Origin: Gemmatimonadales bacterium
Lineage (GTDB): Bacteria > Gemmatimonadota > Gemmatimonadetes > Gemmatimonadales > Gemmatimonadaceae
NCBI GenBank assembly: GCA_038234895.1
Contig: JBBQSM010000003.1
Location: 9,542-73,541 of the forward strand
Length of the DNA stretch: 64,000 bases
Direction: 5' to 3'
How positions within the stretch are numbered: the first letter of the stretch is position 1; the number at the start of each line of letters is the position of its first letter. Below are positions 10,026 to 19,960 of this stretch, in pieces. The notes beneath the pieces were generated by a model. The model did no database searches and was not told where the DNA came from. It saw only the letters and a program-made list of their open reading frames with translations. The position numbers and the translations under genes were made by a program.

Positions 10026-10349
10026 GGCGCCGGATCGCAGACAAAGGGATCGCGAAGGGCGCGCAGCGAGGGATCGCGACGGGGCGGGAAACGAGGGATC
10101 GCGACGGGGCGCGAGCGGTGCCGCGAGTGGAACCGTGCGGGGGGCGGGGGTATCGCGGGAGAAAAGTACCAAGATCGGGTTGGAATGAGTTGTGTTCCCC
10201 CTCCTCCCCCGTGACCTCCCGGCGGAACGGCGGGGAGCTATCCGGTGCGCCGAGCCCGTTCGCGGCGTAGCTCTCGCCCTTCGCGATCCCTCCGTTCGCG
10301 ATCCCTCTGTTCGCGATCCCTGCGTTCGCGATTCGCCGCGACGGACGGC
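10025..10349. repeat. GGATCGCGAA fold-back element, copy B (MITE/REP-like)
   Basis: 4 GGATCGC units at 10032-10104; 4 inverted TTCGCGAT units at 10280-10333; GGAACC at 10129; GCCGAGCCCGTTCGCGGC at 10249; bounded by TA|G..C|TA. Confidence 0.85.
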
Positions 10350-10360
10350 TATTTTCCTGA
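10350..10360 (+). promoter_or_regulatory. Putative -10 box of leaderless promoter (TATTTT-N5-ATG)
   Basis: TATTTTcctgaATG, no SD before the M42 gene. Confidence 0.55.
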
Positions 10361-11452
10361 ATGCTTACTGAATCCTCGATTGCGTTCCTGAAGCGCCTGC
10401 TCGACACGCCAGGTCCCTCCGGCTTTGAAGCCGCCCCCGCTCGCGTCTGGCGCGCCGAAGCGTCCACCTTCGCGACGGTGCGTGCGGATGTCGTGGGCAA
10501 CAGTCTCGCCACGGTCGAAGGCACCGGCCATGGCGCCGGAGACGGCAGCGGCGGCCCGACGATCCTGCTGGCCGGCCACATCGACGAAATCGGCGTCATC
10601 GTCACGTATATCGACGAGAACGGCTTTGTCTACTTCGAGCCGATCGGTGGGTGGGACCCGCAGGTGCTCGTCGCGCAGCGCATGCGCTTCATCGGTCGCA
10701 ACGGCGATGTGTTCGGCGTGATCGGCAAGAAGCCTATTCATCTGATCAAGCCGGAAGAGCGCGAGAAGGCGTCCAAGATCACCGACCTCTGGGTCGACAT
10801 TGGCGTGCGCACCAAGGCTGAAGCGATGGAGTATCTCGAGATCGGAGACGCGGGCGTGATCGATGCGCGCCTGCTGGAGCTTCCGAACGGGCGTATTGTC
10901 TCGCGTGCGATCGACGACCGCATCGGCGCGTTCGTTGTGTTGGAAGCGCTGCGACGGTATGCGGCGGCGCCGGGTGTGGCGCGGGTGGTCGCGGCGGCGA
11001 CGGCACAGGAGGAAATCGGCTATTCTGGCGGAGGCGCACGGGTGGCCGCGCAGTCACTCGACGCAAAGATGGCGATCGCCGTGGACGTGACGTTTGCGAC
11101 CGATCATCCGGGCGTGAAAAAAGAAGAACTGGGAGAGCACAACATCGGCGGCGGTCCGGTGCTCACGCGCGGCTCCGTGGTGAGTCCGGTCGTATTCCGA
11201 CTCCTGCGCGATGCGGCGACGCGGTTGAATATCCCGGTCAGTGTGCATGCCGCTGGTCGCTTTACCAGCACCGATGCCGATGCGATGCACCTGACCCGAG
11301 ACGGTGTCGCAACGGCCCTCCTGTCGATCCCGAACCGCTACATGCACTCGCCCAACGAAATGGTCTCGCTCGACGATCTGGATCGTGCGGCGGACGTGAT
11401 CGCCGAAGCGTGTCGCGCCGTGACGAACGAGACGGATTTTACGGATCGCTGA
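10361..11452 (+). CDS. M42 family metallopeptidase
   Basis: PGPSGFE; GHIDEIG; IGGWDP; DDRIG; QEEIG; VDVT; RYMHSP. Confidence 0.93.
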   Translation: MLTESSIAFLKRLLDTPGPSGFEAAPARVWRAEASTFATVRADVVGNSLATVEGTGHGAGDGSGGPTILLAGHIDEIGVIVTYIDENGFVYFEPIGGWDPQVLVAQRMRFIGRNGDVFGVIGKKPIHLIKPEEREKASKITDLWVDIGVRTKAEAMEYLEIGDAGVIDARLLELPNGRIVSRAIDDRIGAFVVLEALRRYAAAPGVARVVAAATAQEEIGYSGGGARVAAQSLDAKMAIAVDVTFATDHPGVKKEELGEHNIGGGPVLTRGSVVSPVVFRLLRDAATRLNIPVSVHAAGRFTSTDADAMHLTRDGVATALLSIPNRYMHSPNEMVSLDDLDRAADVIAEACRAVTNETDFTDR

Positions 11453-13085
11453 TTCCGCTCGTGATGGCGGCGTGCAGTCGCGCGGCTGCCGCCGCCACGT
11501 CGGGGTCGGGATCGCTGCGCAGTTGTTCCATTGCCGGGAGCACCGCATGGCCGCGCGCACGCGCCAGCGCGTCCATAGCGCCGATGCGCTGCCACGGATC
11601 ACGGGCCACGGCGGCCCGTTCTCCGCTCGCGAAATCCTGTGTCCCCGGCATCGCGATGCGCAGCAGGCGCTGCACGGCGTCGGCACTGCCCAGCCGCCCG
11701 AGCGCGGCGAGCATCTCGAGCGCGACATCTTCATCCGTCTCGCGCGTCAGGGCCACGGCAAGCCGCGCCGCCGGCGGACGGATGCCACCCGCCGCGCCAC
11801 CCGCCAACCCGAACGCCGCCGCAGCGAGTCGCCTCACCTCGGCGTTGCGATCGTCGATCACGGCATGCAGTCCTTGCAGCGCCTTGGGCGTACGCACACG
11901 AATCAACGCGCGCGCCGCGGCAATGCGAATACGCTCGTCGGCGTGACGCAACAGCGGCAACAGCGCCGCGTCAGTCGCGTCCACGTGCATCTCCCCCAGC
12001 AGCGCCGCCGCGTTGCGTACCACGAACCACCGCGCGTCGCGCAGTAATTCGAAGAGCACCGGTGAGCCGACGTCCATGGCCACAATGCCGTCAAAATAGG
12101 CTCGACGCGCCACCGGGTCGTCGCTGGCCAGCAGCTGCCCCAGCAGCACCTCCACGCCGGCGTCCCCCGCCCGCGAGATGACTTGCAGCAGCGGAATGCG
12201 GTCGCCGCCAAACGGAAGCCGCTGCGCCAGCAGCGACAGCAGCGCGGGGCGCAGCAGCGTACGCAGCGCTGACTCCAGCGCCACCCGTCCACCGCCGCTT
12301 CCAACGAGTTGCAGTTGCGAGAGGACGCCGCGCGCGACCGCTTCGACGGCGGCGGCATCACCGCGTCGCTGTGCATCGTCGAGAAACGCCACCACGGTCG
12401 CCACGGCAGCCACCGCGCTCTCGTCCGAGCGAACCGACGCCAAGCGGGCGAGCGCGCTGCCGGGTGCGCCCATGGGCGGGGCGGCAGCGCGCGGTGCAAC
12501 AACAGGTGTGACGAGCACACTCCAGCTTCGCAGCAATTCCTGCGGCGGGTCGTCACTCAGCGCAAATGCGTGCACCGTGGTGGGAGTCTCGTTTCCTGCG
12601 GGCGTCGGGAGATCGACGCCGGAGCGGGAGGGCGTGAGCAATCGGGCCAGCGTGAGCAGTTCGCCAGGTGCCGCGCCATCGCGCACGCTGATCGACGCGG
12701 CACCGAGTGCAATCATGCGCCGCTGCAGCGCTTTGAGGGCGGGCTCCGCCGATGCACCGCTGCGCACGGCGGGCGCGCCCTGCACCACGAGGGCGCCGTC
12801 CACTATCCGGCACAGCAGCGCACCATCGCGGGAACGCGCCGCGAACTGACGCAGCGCATCGCGGGCAGCCGCCTGCACCGCCTCGACTGCTGCAGGGTTC
12901 GACGGTGTTGCGCCCGACGCACCGGCCAGGTCATTGAGCCGGTCGACGAGCAGCATCAGCGCGCGGACCAGTGCGACGGTCGCGCGTGCGTCATCCGCTA
13001 TTCTCACCGAGCCGGCAGCCGGAGTGCGCACGGCAGCAACGCCGCTGGCCGGCGTGCCACGCATCGACGGGCCGAGTGGCATCAT
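11439..13085 (-). CDS. HEAT-repeat protein
   Basis: [47 protein letters not shown] repeats in the C-terminal half; start uncertain. Confidence 0.75.
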   Translation of the reverse strand: MMPLGPSMRGTPASGVAAVRTPAAGSVRIADDARATVALVRALMLLVDRLNDLAGASGATPSNPAAVEAVQAAARDALRQFAARSRDGALLCRIVDGALVVQGAPAVRSGASAEPALKALQRRMIALGAASISVRDGAAPGELLTLARLLTPSRSGVDLPTPAGNETPTTVHAFALSDDPPQELLRSWSVLVTPVVAPRAAAPPMGAPGSALARLASVRSDESAVAAVATVVAFLDDAQRRGDAAAVEAVARGVLSQLQLVGSGGGRVALESALRTLLRPALLSLLAQRLPFGGDRIPLLQVISRAGDAGVEVLLGQLLASDDPVARRAYFDGIVAMDVGSPVLFELLRDARWFVVRNAAALLGEMHVDATDAALLPLLRHADERIRIAAARALIRVRTPKALQGLHAVIDDRNAEVRRLAAAAFGLAGGAAGGIRPPAARLAVALTRETDEDVALEMLAALGRLGSADAVQRLLRIAMPGTQDFASGERAAVARDPWQRIGAMDALARARGHAVLPAMEQLRSDPDPDVAAAAARLHAAITSGISDP

Positions 13086-13141
13086 GCGGTCGGCATGCAG
13101 CAGTTACACTTCACGAATCGAATCACCCGACACGATCATTC

Positions 13142-14044
13142 ATGAGTCTCTCGCTCTGGTCGCCCGCCGCGTGGAGTTACCCGCTGCCGCCGGGTCATCG
13201 CTTTCCCGTGACGAAGTATACGCTGCTCGCCGAGCGTGTCGTAACGGACGGCATCGTTTCCGAGGACGCAATCCTGGCGCCGGATGCGATTGATGACGAC
13301 GCGCTGCGCCGTGTGCACGACGCCGCGTACCTGACGGCCTTGCGCGAGGGGACGCTTGGCGAGCCGGCCATCCGTCGACTCGGTTTTCCGTGGAGCGCCG
13401 AACTGGTCGAGCGCGCCGCACGAGCAGTGGGCGGCACGCTGGCCGCCTCGCGTCATGCGCTGCACGGCGGGATCGCGATGAATCTGGCGGGCGGGACGCA
13501 CCACGCCTTCGCCGGACACGGGGAAGGGTTTTGCCTGTTCAACGATGTTGCCGTTGCCATTCGCGCTCTGCGCCACGAGCGGCTCATCCGCCGCGTTGCG
13601 GTGATCGATCTCGACGTGCATCAGGGGAACGGCACGCATCACATTTTCACCGGCGACGACGACACGTTCACGTTCAGTATGCACGGCGCGAAAAACTTCC
13701 CCTTTCGCAAGGTACCGGGCACGCTGGACATCGAACTGGACGATCGAACCGGGGACGCGATCTATCTCGCGTTGCTCGCCGAAGCACTGCCGCGCGTGCT
13801 GCGCGAGGGGCGCGCCGATTTGGTGTTCTACCTCGCCGGCGCCGATCCGCACGAGGGTGACGCATTGGGTCGACTGGCGCTCACGTTCGAGGGACTGCGG
13901 CGGCGGGACCGCATGGTGATCGAGCAGTGCCGCGAGATCGGGCTGCCAATCGCGATTGTGATCGCCGGTGGCTATGGACGGCAGGTGAACGACACGGTCG
14001 CTATACACGCCGCAACGGCCCGGATCGCAGCCGAGTTCGCGTAG
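13142..14044 (+). CDS. Histone deacetylase family protein
   Basis: GHRFPVTKY; GGTHHA; GFCLFND; DLDVHQGNG; AGAD; GGY. Confidence 0.93.
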   Translation: MSLSLWSPAAWSYPLPPGHRFPVTKYTLLAERVVTDGIVSEDAILAPDAIDDDALRRVHDAAYLTALREGTLGEPAIRRLGFPWSAELVERAARAVGGTLAASRHALHGGIAMNLAGGTHHAFAGHGEGFCLFNDVAVAIRALRHERLIRRVAVIDLDVHQGNGTHHIFTGDDDTFTFSMHGAKNFPFRKVPGTLDIELDDRTGDAIYLALLAEALPRVLREGRADLVFYLAGADPHEGDALGRLALTFEGLRRRDRMVIEQCREIGLPIAIVIAGGYGRQVNDTVAIHAATARIAAEFA

Positions 14045-14358
14045 CTCGGCGGATCGCGACACCCTCGGATCGCGAAGAGGGCGGATCGCGAACGGCGGAT
14101 CGCGAACGACGCCGGCTTCGCCGCGAAGGGAACCGTGGATGGGCCGGCGACGTCCCGGGACGGGGAGCGGGACGGTTTGTGGGGGGGGCGCAGGCACCAA
14201 GTCCCGTCGCCGCCTTCCTCCAAATCCAACGCTCGATGCAGCGAGTCCGCGCCGTCACCGGCGGCTGCGCCGAGCCCGTTCGCGGCGGAGCCGGCGTCAT
14301 TCGCGATCCCCCGTCGCCCGCGCGCACACCCGAGCCGCGCCATCCGCGACTCCCGCAC
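14044..14358. repeat. GGATCGCGAA fold-back element, copy C
   Basis: 4 GGATCGCGA units at 14051-14105; inner arm GGATCGCGAACGACGCCGGCTTCGCCGCGAA pairs with TTCGCGGCGGAGCCGGCGTCATTCGCGATCC (14279-14309); GGAACC at 14129; bounded by TA|G..C|TA. Confidence 0.85.
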
Positions 14359-14369
14359 TACTTTGCGCC
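14359..14369 (+). promoter_or_regulatory. Putative -10 box of leaderless promoter (TACTTT-N5-ATG)
   Basis: TACTTTgcgccATG, no SD. Confidence 0.55.
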
Positions 14370-15260
14370 ATGATGATTCCACTGCCGCGCGCCGAGGGGT
14401 ACACGCGCTCCACCAGCGTTCCACTCTACTGGCGCGAAGACGGCCCGGCCGACGCGCCGCCGCTGCTGTTGCTGCACGGGGGACCGGGTGCACATCACGA
14501 CTATCTGTACCCGCAGATGCTGGCGCTCGCGGAGACGCACCGCGTCATCACGTACGATCAGCGCGGCGGCGGGCGATCCAAGACCGACGACCCCACACCC
14601 GTGACGTGGCGCACGCAGGTGAACGATCTCGCCGCCGTCGTGGCGGAATTCGAACTCGGTGCGCCGACCATCGTGGGCTACTCGTGGGGCGCGCTGCTGG
14701 CGATGCTCTACGCGATCGAGGCCATGCGTGACCGCGCAACGCCCCCGACCGTCGAAATGCCGGCGCGCCTCGTGCTGATCTCACCGGCTCCGGTGACACG
14801 CGCCTGGCGCAACGCCTTCGAACTCGAGCTCGCCGACCGGCAGCGCGGCCCCGCCATCCAAAACATGCGCGCGCAGCTGGCCGAGTCCGGGCTCCGCGAC
14901 ACCGATCCGGTCGCCTACCGGCAGCGCAGTTTCGAACTCAGTGTCGCGGGCTATTTCGCCGATCCGGCGCGCGCCCGCGCGCTCACCCCCTTTCGCGTCA
15001 CCGGACGGGTGCAGCAGTCCGTCTGGGATAGTCTGGGCGATTTCGACTTGCGTGACGATCTGGGCGCATTGCGTCGTGCCGTTCACCTCCCCGTACTCGT
15101 CGTACACGGTCGGGAGGACCCCATTCCCCTCGACTCGGCAGCCTCCGTCGCGGCGGCGCTCGATGCAACGCTCGTGGCGATTCCCGATTGTGGCCACGTC
15201 CCGTACGTCGAACAGCCGAAGACGTTGTTCGAAGCCATGGCGCGCTTCCTTCCGTCCTGA
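14370..15260 (+). CDS. Alpha/beta hydrolase, proline iminopeptidase-like
   Basis: LHGGPG; YDQRGGGRS; GYSWG nucleophile elbow; HGREDPIP; CGHVPYVE. Confidence 0.88.
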   Translation: MMIPLPRAEGYTRSTSVPLYWREDGPADAPPLLLLHGGPGAHHDYLYPQMLALAETHRVITYDQRGGGRSKTDDPTPVTWRTQVNDLAAVVAEFELGAPTIVGYSWGALLAMLYAIEAMRDRATPPTVEMPARLVLISPAPVTRAWRNAFELELADRQRGPAIQNMRAQLAESGLRDTDPVAYRQRSFELSVAGYFADPARARALTPFRVTGRVQQSVWDSLGDFDLRDDLGALRRAVHLPVLVVHGREDPIPLDSAASVAAALDATLVAIPDCGHVPYVEQPKTLFEAMARFLPS

Positions 15261-15289
15261 CGTACACCTGCAGTAACTCGCGAGACGCA

Positions 15290-15745
15290 ATGATTCCATA
15301 CGGCACCGTGTCGCAGGCCATCATCGCCACCATCGATGTCGACGGCCGACCGTTTCGCGTCTCCGTGCGGACTGCGCACGATGGCGTGGAGTTCGTTGGC
15401 CGCCTGTGGTTTGCCGATCTCGCGTGGGACAACGCGGGCATCCCCGACCGGGGTGTCCTGCCGGGACGGACCGGAGACGAGGTGCTCGCGCTCGCGCAGC
15501 GTCTTCGTCCCGATGAGCTGCTACACCGGTACCGGCGGGCGAATGCCGAAAAGCGCCGCTTTCACGGGCTGCGACAGCTGACCCTCGAGATGCTGGCCAA
15601 GATTCGCTACCTGAATCAAGTCGGCGTGGGCATGCGTACCGGGCTGCTCGACCGCGACGCCGCCGCACAGGAAATGGTACTCACCGAAGAGCAACTCGTG
15701 GAACTGGTGCGACAGGCGCGAATGCTGGCGGGCGTGGAGAGCTAG
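15290..15745 (+). CDS. Hypothetical protein
   Basis: Normal codon usage and composition; fills the gap between the hydrolase and polX; start ATG 15290 or GTG 15308. Confidence 0.7.
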   Translation: MIPYGTVSQAIIATIDVDGRPFRVSVRTAHDGVEFVGRLWFADLAWDNAGIPDRGVLPGRTGDEVLALAQRLRPDELLHRYRRANAEKRRFHGLRQLTLEMLAKIRYLNQVGVGMRTGLLDRDAAAQEMVLTEEQLVELVRQARMLAGVES

Positions 15746-15757
15746 CAGGACGGGCCG

Positions 15758-15769
15758 TATATTGCGGTC
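15758..15769 (+). promoter_or_regulatory. Putative -10 box of leaderless polX promoter (TATATT-N6-ATG)
   Basis: TATATTgcggtcATG. Confidence 0.55.
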
Positions 15770-17548
15770 ATGGATTGCCATGCTGCGGCACACGCCCTGA
15801 CCCAGATCGCGACCCTCCTCGAATTGCACGGGGAGGATCGGTTCACCGTGCGCGCGATGCAGATGGCCGCGCGCGCGGCAGCAAGTCGCGGCGACGCGGC
15901 GGTGGACGATGTACTCGCCACCGACGCATTTGCGGCCGACGCGCTGACACCGGCCGCGATCGAGGTGCTGCGCGAACTTGCGGAGAGCAACGGCTCCGCC
16001 CTGCTGGAACGTCTACAGGAAGAGACGCCCGAAGGTCTGCTGGAGCTGTTGCGCGTTCCCGGACTCGGCCCCGCGCGTATCCGGCAGATACACGAGGGAC
16101 TGCATGTGGAGTCGCTGCAGGAGCTTGAGCAGGCCGCGCGCGATGGCCGACTGGCCGGACTCCCGCGCTTCGGCGACCGGACCGCCGCCAAAATCCTCAA
16201 GGGGATCGCCGATCTGCGCGCGACTGGCGCCTTCGTCCTCTGGCAACACGCGCGCGCCGAGGCGGAACGTTTGCGTGCAGCCGTACTCGCGCACCCCGAC
16301 GTACTGCAGGTGGAGATTGCCGGGTCGATCCATCGCCGCAATGAAGTGGTGCGCGACATCGATCTGGTGGCAGCCGTGAGTGGCTCACCGTCGCTCGTGG
16401 CCGCCTCCCTGGCACAAATGCGCGGCGTACAGGCCGCGTTCGCCGGCAGCGGCAAGTCGCTCACGCTGCGCTTCGACGATGGCCTGCAGGTCAATCTCAC
16501 CTGCGTGCGGCCCGAACAGTTCGTGCTCGCGTTCTGGCGTACCACCGGCAGCGCCGCACACGTCCGTCAGGTGACCGAACGCGCCGCCGCACGCGGCCTC
16601 GTGCTCGCGGGCGACGAATTGCGCGGTGCCGATGGCGCGCTGTTGCCCGTCCGCTCGGAGCATGACCTCTACGCACACGCGGGGCTCGCCTATCTTGCGC
16701 CCGAACTGCGCGAAGCCAGCGGCGAAGTCGAGGCCGCGACACCGCATGCCTTCGCGCATCTGCTCGTCGAGCGTGATCTCATTGGCGCGCTGCACTGTCA
16801 TTCGCAGTACAGCGACGGCGGCGCCACCATCGAAGACATGGCCGCCGCCGCCCTCGCGCGCGGCCTGCGTTATCTCGGCGTCTCCGATCATTCACAGTCC
16901 AACACGTACGCCGGCGGATTGACCCGCGATGCGATCGTGCAGCAGCATGCCGAAATCGATACGCTGAATGGACGCTACGCGAGCGAAGGTGTGGACTTCC
17001 GCGTGCTCAAGGGGATTGAGGCAGACATCCTGCCCTGCGGCCGTCTCGACTACGACACCACGTTCCTCGATCGCTTCGACTTCGTCATCGGATCAGTACA
17101 CACGCGTTATGGGATGAACGAACGGCAGATGACGGACCGCGTGCTCAAAGCGCTCGACGATCCGCATCTCACCATTTTAGGGCATCCCACCGGCCGGTTG
17201 CTGCTCACCCGTGAGCCGTACGCTATCAACCTCGCCGAAGTGATCGCCAAAGCCGGCGCCGTCGGGGTGGCCGTGGAACTCAACGCCGACCCGCACCGTC
17301 TCGACATCGACTGGCGTGCGTGCAAAATCGCGCACGAGGCGGGGACGCTGGTGTCGATCGGCCCGGACGCCCACTCGCCGCAGGGACTCGATCATCTCGA
17401 GATGGGCGTGGCCGTTGCGCGCAAAGGTTGGCTCACCGCCGCCGATGTGCTGAACAGTCGCAGCGCCGACGAGGTGCTGGCCTTTGCGCAGGCGCGTCGG
17501 TCGGGAGCGTACGGACGCGCGACCGCCGCGACCGCCATCGCGCGCTGA
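15770..17548 (+). CDS. polX: DNA polymerase X family / PHP domain protein (altered polymerase site)
   Basis: HhH LLRVPGLGP; IAGSIHR..DIDLV; APELRE; PHP motifs LHCHS, SDHS, GIEAD, GHPTGR, DAH. Confidence 0.9.
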   Translation: MDCHAAAHALTQIATLLELHGEDRFTVRAMQMAARAAASRGDAAVDDVLATDAFAADALTPAAIEVLRELAESNGSALLERLQEETPEGLLELLRVPGLGPARIRQIHEGLHVESLQELEQAARDGRLAGLPRFGDRTAAKILKGIADLRATGAFVLWQHARAEAERLRAAVLAHPDVLQVEIAGSIHRRNEVVRDIDLVAAVSGSPSLVAASLAQMRGVQAAFAGSGKSLTLRFDDGLQVNLTCVRPEQFVLAFWRTTGSAAHVRQVTERAAARGLVLAGDELRGADGALLPVRSEHDLYAHAGLAYLAPELREASGEVEAATPHAFAHLLVERDLIGALHCHSQYSDGGATIEDMAAAALARGLRYLGVSDHSQSNTYAGGLTRDAIVQQHAEIDTLNGRYASEGVDFRVLKGIEADILPCGRLDYDTTFLDRFDFVIGSVHTRYGMNERQMTDRVLKALDDPHLTILGHPTGRLLLTREPYAINLAEVIAKAGAVGVAVELNADPHRLDIDWRACKIAHEAGTLVSIGPDAHSPQGLDHLEMGVAVARKGWLTAADVLNSRSADEVLAFAQARRSGAYGRATAATAIAR

Positions 17549-17564
17549 ACACGACGCAACCGCG

Positions 17565-18341
17565 ATGGCACCAGTGAACGACAGCGCGACGGGCGGCATA
17601 CGCCGCGCCAGGCGCCGCTCGAAAAGTGCCGGCGAAAAGCTCTCTCAGAAGGCACCGCCGGTGACCAAGTCTCCGCGGAGCAAGGCGGCCAAGGTCGCGA
17701 TCGCAGCGGTGGTGCTGGCACGCCTCAAGTCGGAGTATCCCGACGCGCACTGCGAGCTCGACCATCGCAACGCCTTCGAGCTGCTGTGCGCGACCATCCT
17801 CAGCGCGCAGTGCACCGATGTGCGCGTCAACATGGTCACGCCGGCGCTGTTTGCGGCGTATCCGGATGCGCAGAGTCTGGCCGACGCGCCGCTCGAGGAT
17901 GTGGAAGAAATCGTGCGCAGCACCGGCTTTTTTCGCGCCAAGGCGAAGAACCTCGTGACCATGGCGCAATCGCTGCGGCGCGAGCACGCGGGCGAGGTAC
18001 CGCGCACCATTCCGCAACTCACCGCCCTTGCCGGTGTCGGGCGCAAAACGGCCAACGTCATTCTGGGCAACGCGTTCGACATCAACGACGGGATTGTGGT
18101 CGACACGCACGTGCAGCGACTCAGCCGACGGCTCGGGCTCACGCGCGAACCCGATCCGGTCGGCATCGAGCAGGCACTCATGCCCCTCTTTCCGCGTGCC
18201 GACTGGGCGCTGCTCAGCCACCTGCTCATCTGGCACGGCCGGCGCGCCTGCTTTGCACGTAAGCCGGCGTGCGCGGCCTGCGTCCTGCGCGATATGTGCC
18301 CGAGTGCGGAGCTCGACCCCGCGCCGGGGTCGGCCGGATAG
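17565..18341 (+). CDS. nth: Endonuclease III
   Basis: ILSAQCTD; Hh[12 protein letters not shown]; VDTHV; 4Fe-4S motif C-X6-C-X2-C-X5-C; basic N-terminal extension, start uncertain. Confidence 0.95.
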   Translation: MAPVNDSATGGIRRARRRSKSAGEKLSQKAPPVTKSPRSKAAKVAIAAVVLARLKSEYPDAHCELDHRNAFELLCATILSAQCTDVRVNMVTPALFAAYPDAQSLADAPLEDVEEIVRSTGFFRAKAKNLVTMAQSLRREHAGEVPRTIPQLTALAGVGRKTANVILGNAFDINDGIVVDTHVQRLSRRLGLTREPDPVGIEQALMPLFPRADWALLSHLLIWHGRRACFARKPACAACVLRDMCPSAELDPAPGSAG

Positions 18342-18415
18342 CGCCGCACGTTGGCCCCTCTCCCGTCCGCGATTACCTTTCCCGCTTCAACTCCTTATCT
18401 GAACCCGAGGACTCC

Positions 18416-18886
18416 GTGCCCAAGCTGGCTACGATCGAAACGAACAAGGGGACCCTGGTGGCCGAGCTGTTTGCGGCCGAGGCGCCCAAGGCTGTCGAGA
18501 ACTTCGAGAAGCTTGCCAATTCCGGCTTCTATGACGGTGTGAAATTCCATCGCGTCATTGCCGATTTCGTGGTGCAGGGGGGCGACCCGCTGTCCCGTGA
18601 TCTTCCGGCGGGCGATCGTCGCATCGGTACCGGCGGACCGGGGTGGACCATCCCGTGCGAAACGGCCGGCAACCCGCACAAGCACAACGTCGGCGCGCTG
18701 TCCATGGCGCACGCGGGCAAGAACACCGGCGGCAGCCAGTTCTTCGTCGTGCTGAGCGAGTCGAACACGCGCCACCTGAATGGTGTCCACACCGTCTTCG
18801 GTCAGGTGACCGAGGGCCTCGAACTTATCCCGACGATCGTAGCGAACGACGGCATGGTGACCGTGCGCGTCGCCGACGTCGAGTGA
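18416..18886 (+). CDS. Cyclophilin-type peptidyl-prolyl cis-trans isomerase
   Basis: [12 protein letters not shown]; QGGDP; [16 protein letters not shown]; [10 protein letters not shown]; GAGGA RBS before GTG. Confidence 0.95.
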   Translation: MPKLATIETNKGTLVAELFAAEAPKAVENFEKLANSGFYDGVKFHRVIADFVVQGGDPLSRDLPAGDRRIGTGGPGWTIPCETAGNPHKHNVGALSMAHAGKNTGGSQFFVVLSESNTRHLNGVHTVFGQVTEGLELIPTIVANDGMVTVRVADVE

Positions 18887-18906
18887 CCCCCATCCCGACC
18901 GCACCT

Positions 18907-19110
18907 ATGAGCGACCACCACGCCTCCGGCGGCAGCGACATGGGCGCCGCGTTCGTCGGTTTGATCGGCGGCGCCGCCTTTATCGGCGCCATTTTGTACG
19001 GGATCGTCATCCTGACCAACCGGCACTTCGAGCAGGAGAAGGCCGCCCACGGTGCCGAAGGTGCCCAGAAGACGTCGGTCGTCATGACCACGTCGGGGCA
19101 GGTCGCCTAA
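18907..19110 (+). CDS. Small single-TM membrane protein (67 aa)
   Basis: Hydrophobic segment AAFVGLIGGAAFIGAILYGIVILT; strong GC3 bias; follows ppi. Confidence 0.7.
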   Translation: MSDHHASGGSDMGAAFVGLIGGAAFIGAILYGIVILTNRHFEQEKAAHGAEGAQKTSVVMTTSGQVA

Positions 19111-19192
19111 GGTCAGGCAGCACGGCTGACACAGCTGCGGGTTCAATCCCAGCCGGCGCCGTCATCGGGCGCTAGCATGGGGTGCGAAAGAC

Positions 19193-19234
19193 GCGGTCGG
19201 TGTTCCGTCACGGAATACCGACCGCTCTTGTGTT
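19193..19234 (+). terminator. Probable intrinsic terminator
   Basis: GCGGTCGGTGTTCCG-TCA-CGGAATACCGACCGC followed by TCTTGTGTT. Confidence 0.65.
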
Positions 19235-19252
19235 CCGGGCGAGTGACACTAA

Positions 19253-19266
19253 ACTGACTGGTCAGT
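19253..19266. promoter_or_regulatory. Putative TetR operator
   Basis: Inverted repeat ACTGAC-TG-GTCAGT in an AT-richer patch 13 nt upstream of the tetR ATG. Confidence 0.7.
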
Positions 19267-19279
19267 CATTAATACATCC

Positions 19280-19960
19280 ATGACCATCGCCAACGTGTCG
19301 CCGCTCGAAATCAATCCAGCCACGCCCAACGTCGTCGACCCGCGCCGCCGGCGCGCCCCTGAGGAACGACCCGCACAGATCCTCGACGCCGCCTTCCACG
19401 AGTTCGGCGAACGCGGACTGGCCGGCGCACGGCTCGACGACATCGCCAAGCGCGCCGGCGTGGCCAAGGGGACGATCTATCTCTACTTCCCCAACAAGGA
19501 AGCGCTCTTTCGCGAGATGGTCCGCACGACCACGATCGCCGCCATCGAAAGCGCGGAGCAACTGGCCGAGCAGGAAAGCCACGAGAGCGCGGAAACGCAG
19601 CTGCGCCGCCTCAGCGTCGGCTGGTGGACGTTCCTGCGCTCCGACCGTTTTCAAGTGGTGCAGCGGCTGGTACTCGCCGAACTCCAGCACTTCCCCGACC
19701 TCATGCAGTTTTACGCCGACGAAGTCGTGGCGCGCGGCCGCCGGCTGATCGGCGCGATCGTCGAACGCGGCACGGCCCGCGGAGAATTCCGCCCGATCGT
19801 ACCGGCCACCGCCGCCCGCATGCTCTCCTCGCTGACCATGATGCAGGCCATCTGGTGCGACCGCCGCCAGTGCTTCCCCGAGCTGGCCGGCGTGACCGAC
19901 GAGCACATTCGCGAAGAGATCCTCGACTTCTATCTGAGCGCCCTGCGGCCCATTCAATGA
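19280..19960 (+). CDS. TetR/AcrR family transcriptional regulator
   Basis: ILDAA..F..G..RLDDIAKRAGVAKGTIYLYFPNKEALF HTH. Confidence 0.95.
   Translation: MTIANVSPLEINPATPNVVDPRRRRAPEERPAQILDAAFHEFGERGLAGARLDDIAKRAGVAKGTIYLYFPNKEALFREMVRTTTIAAIESAEQLAEQESHESAETQLRRLSVGWWTFLRSDRFQVVQRLVLAELQHFPDLMQFYADEVVARGRRLIGAIVERGTARGEFRPIVPATAARMLSSLTMMQAIWCDRRQCFPELAGVTDEHIREEILDFYLSALRPIQ

Noticed and set aside
14181-14188. G8 tract as a phase-variation switch
   Set aside because: It is non-coding, lies inside repeat copy C, and is far from the putative -10 box.
19111-19165. tRNA-like T-arm (GCGGGTTCAATCCCAGC, 19137-19153)
   Set aside because: The stem has a mismatch, and no D-arm, anticodon arm or acceptor stem can be built in the available space.
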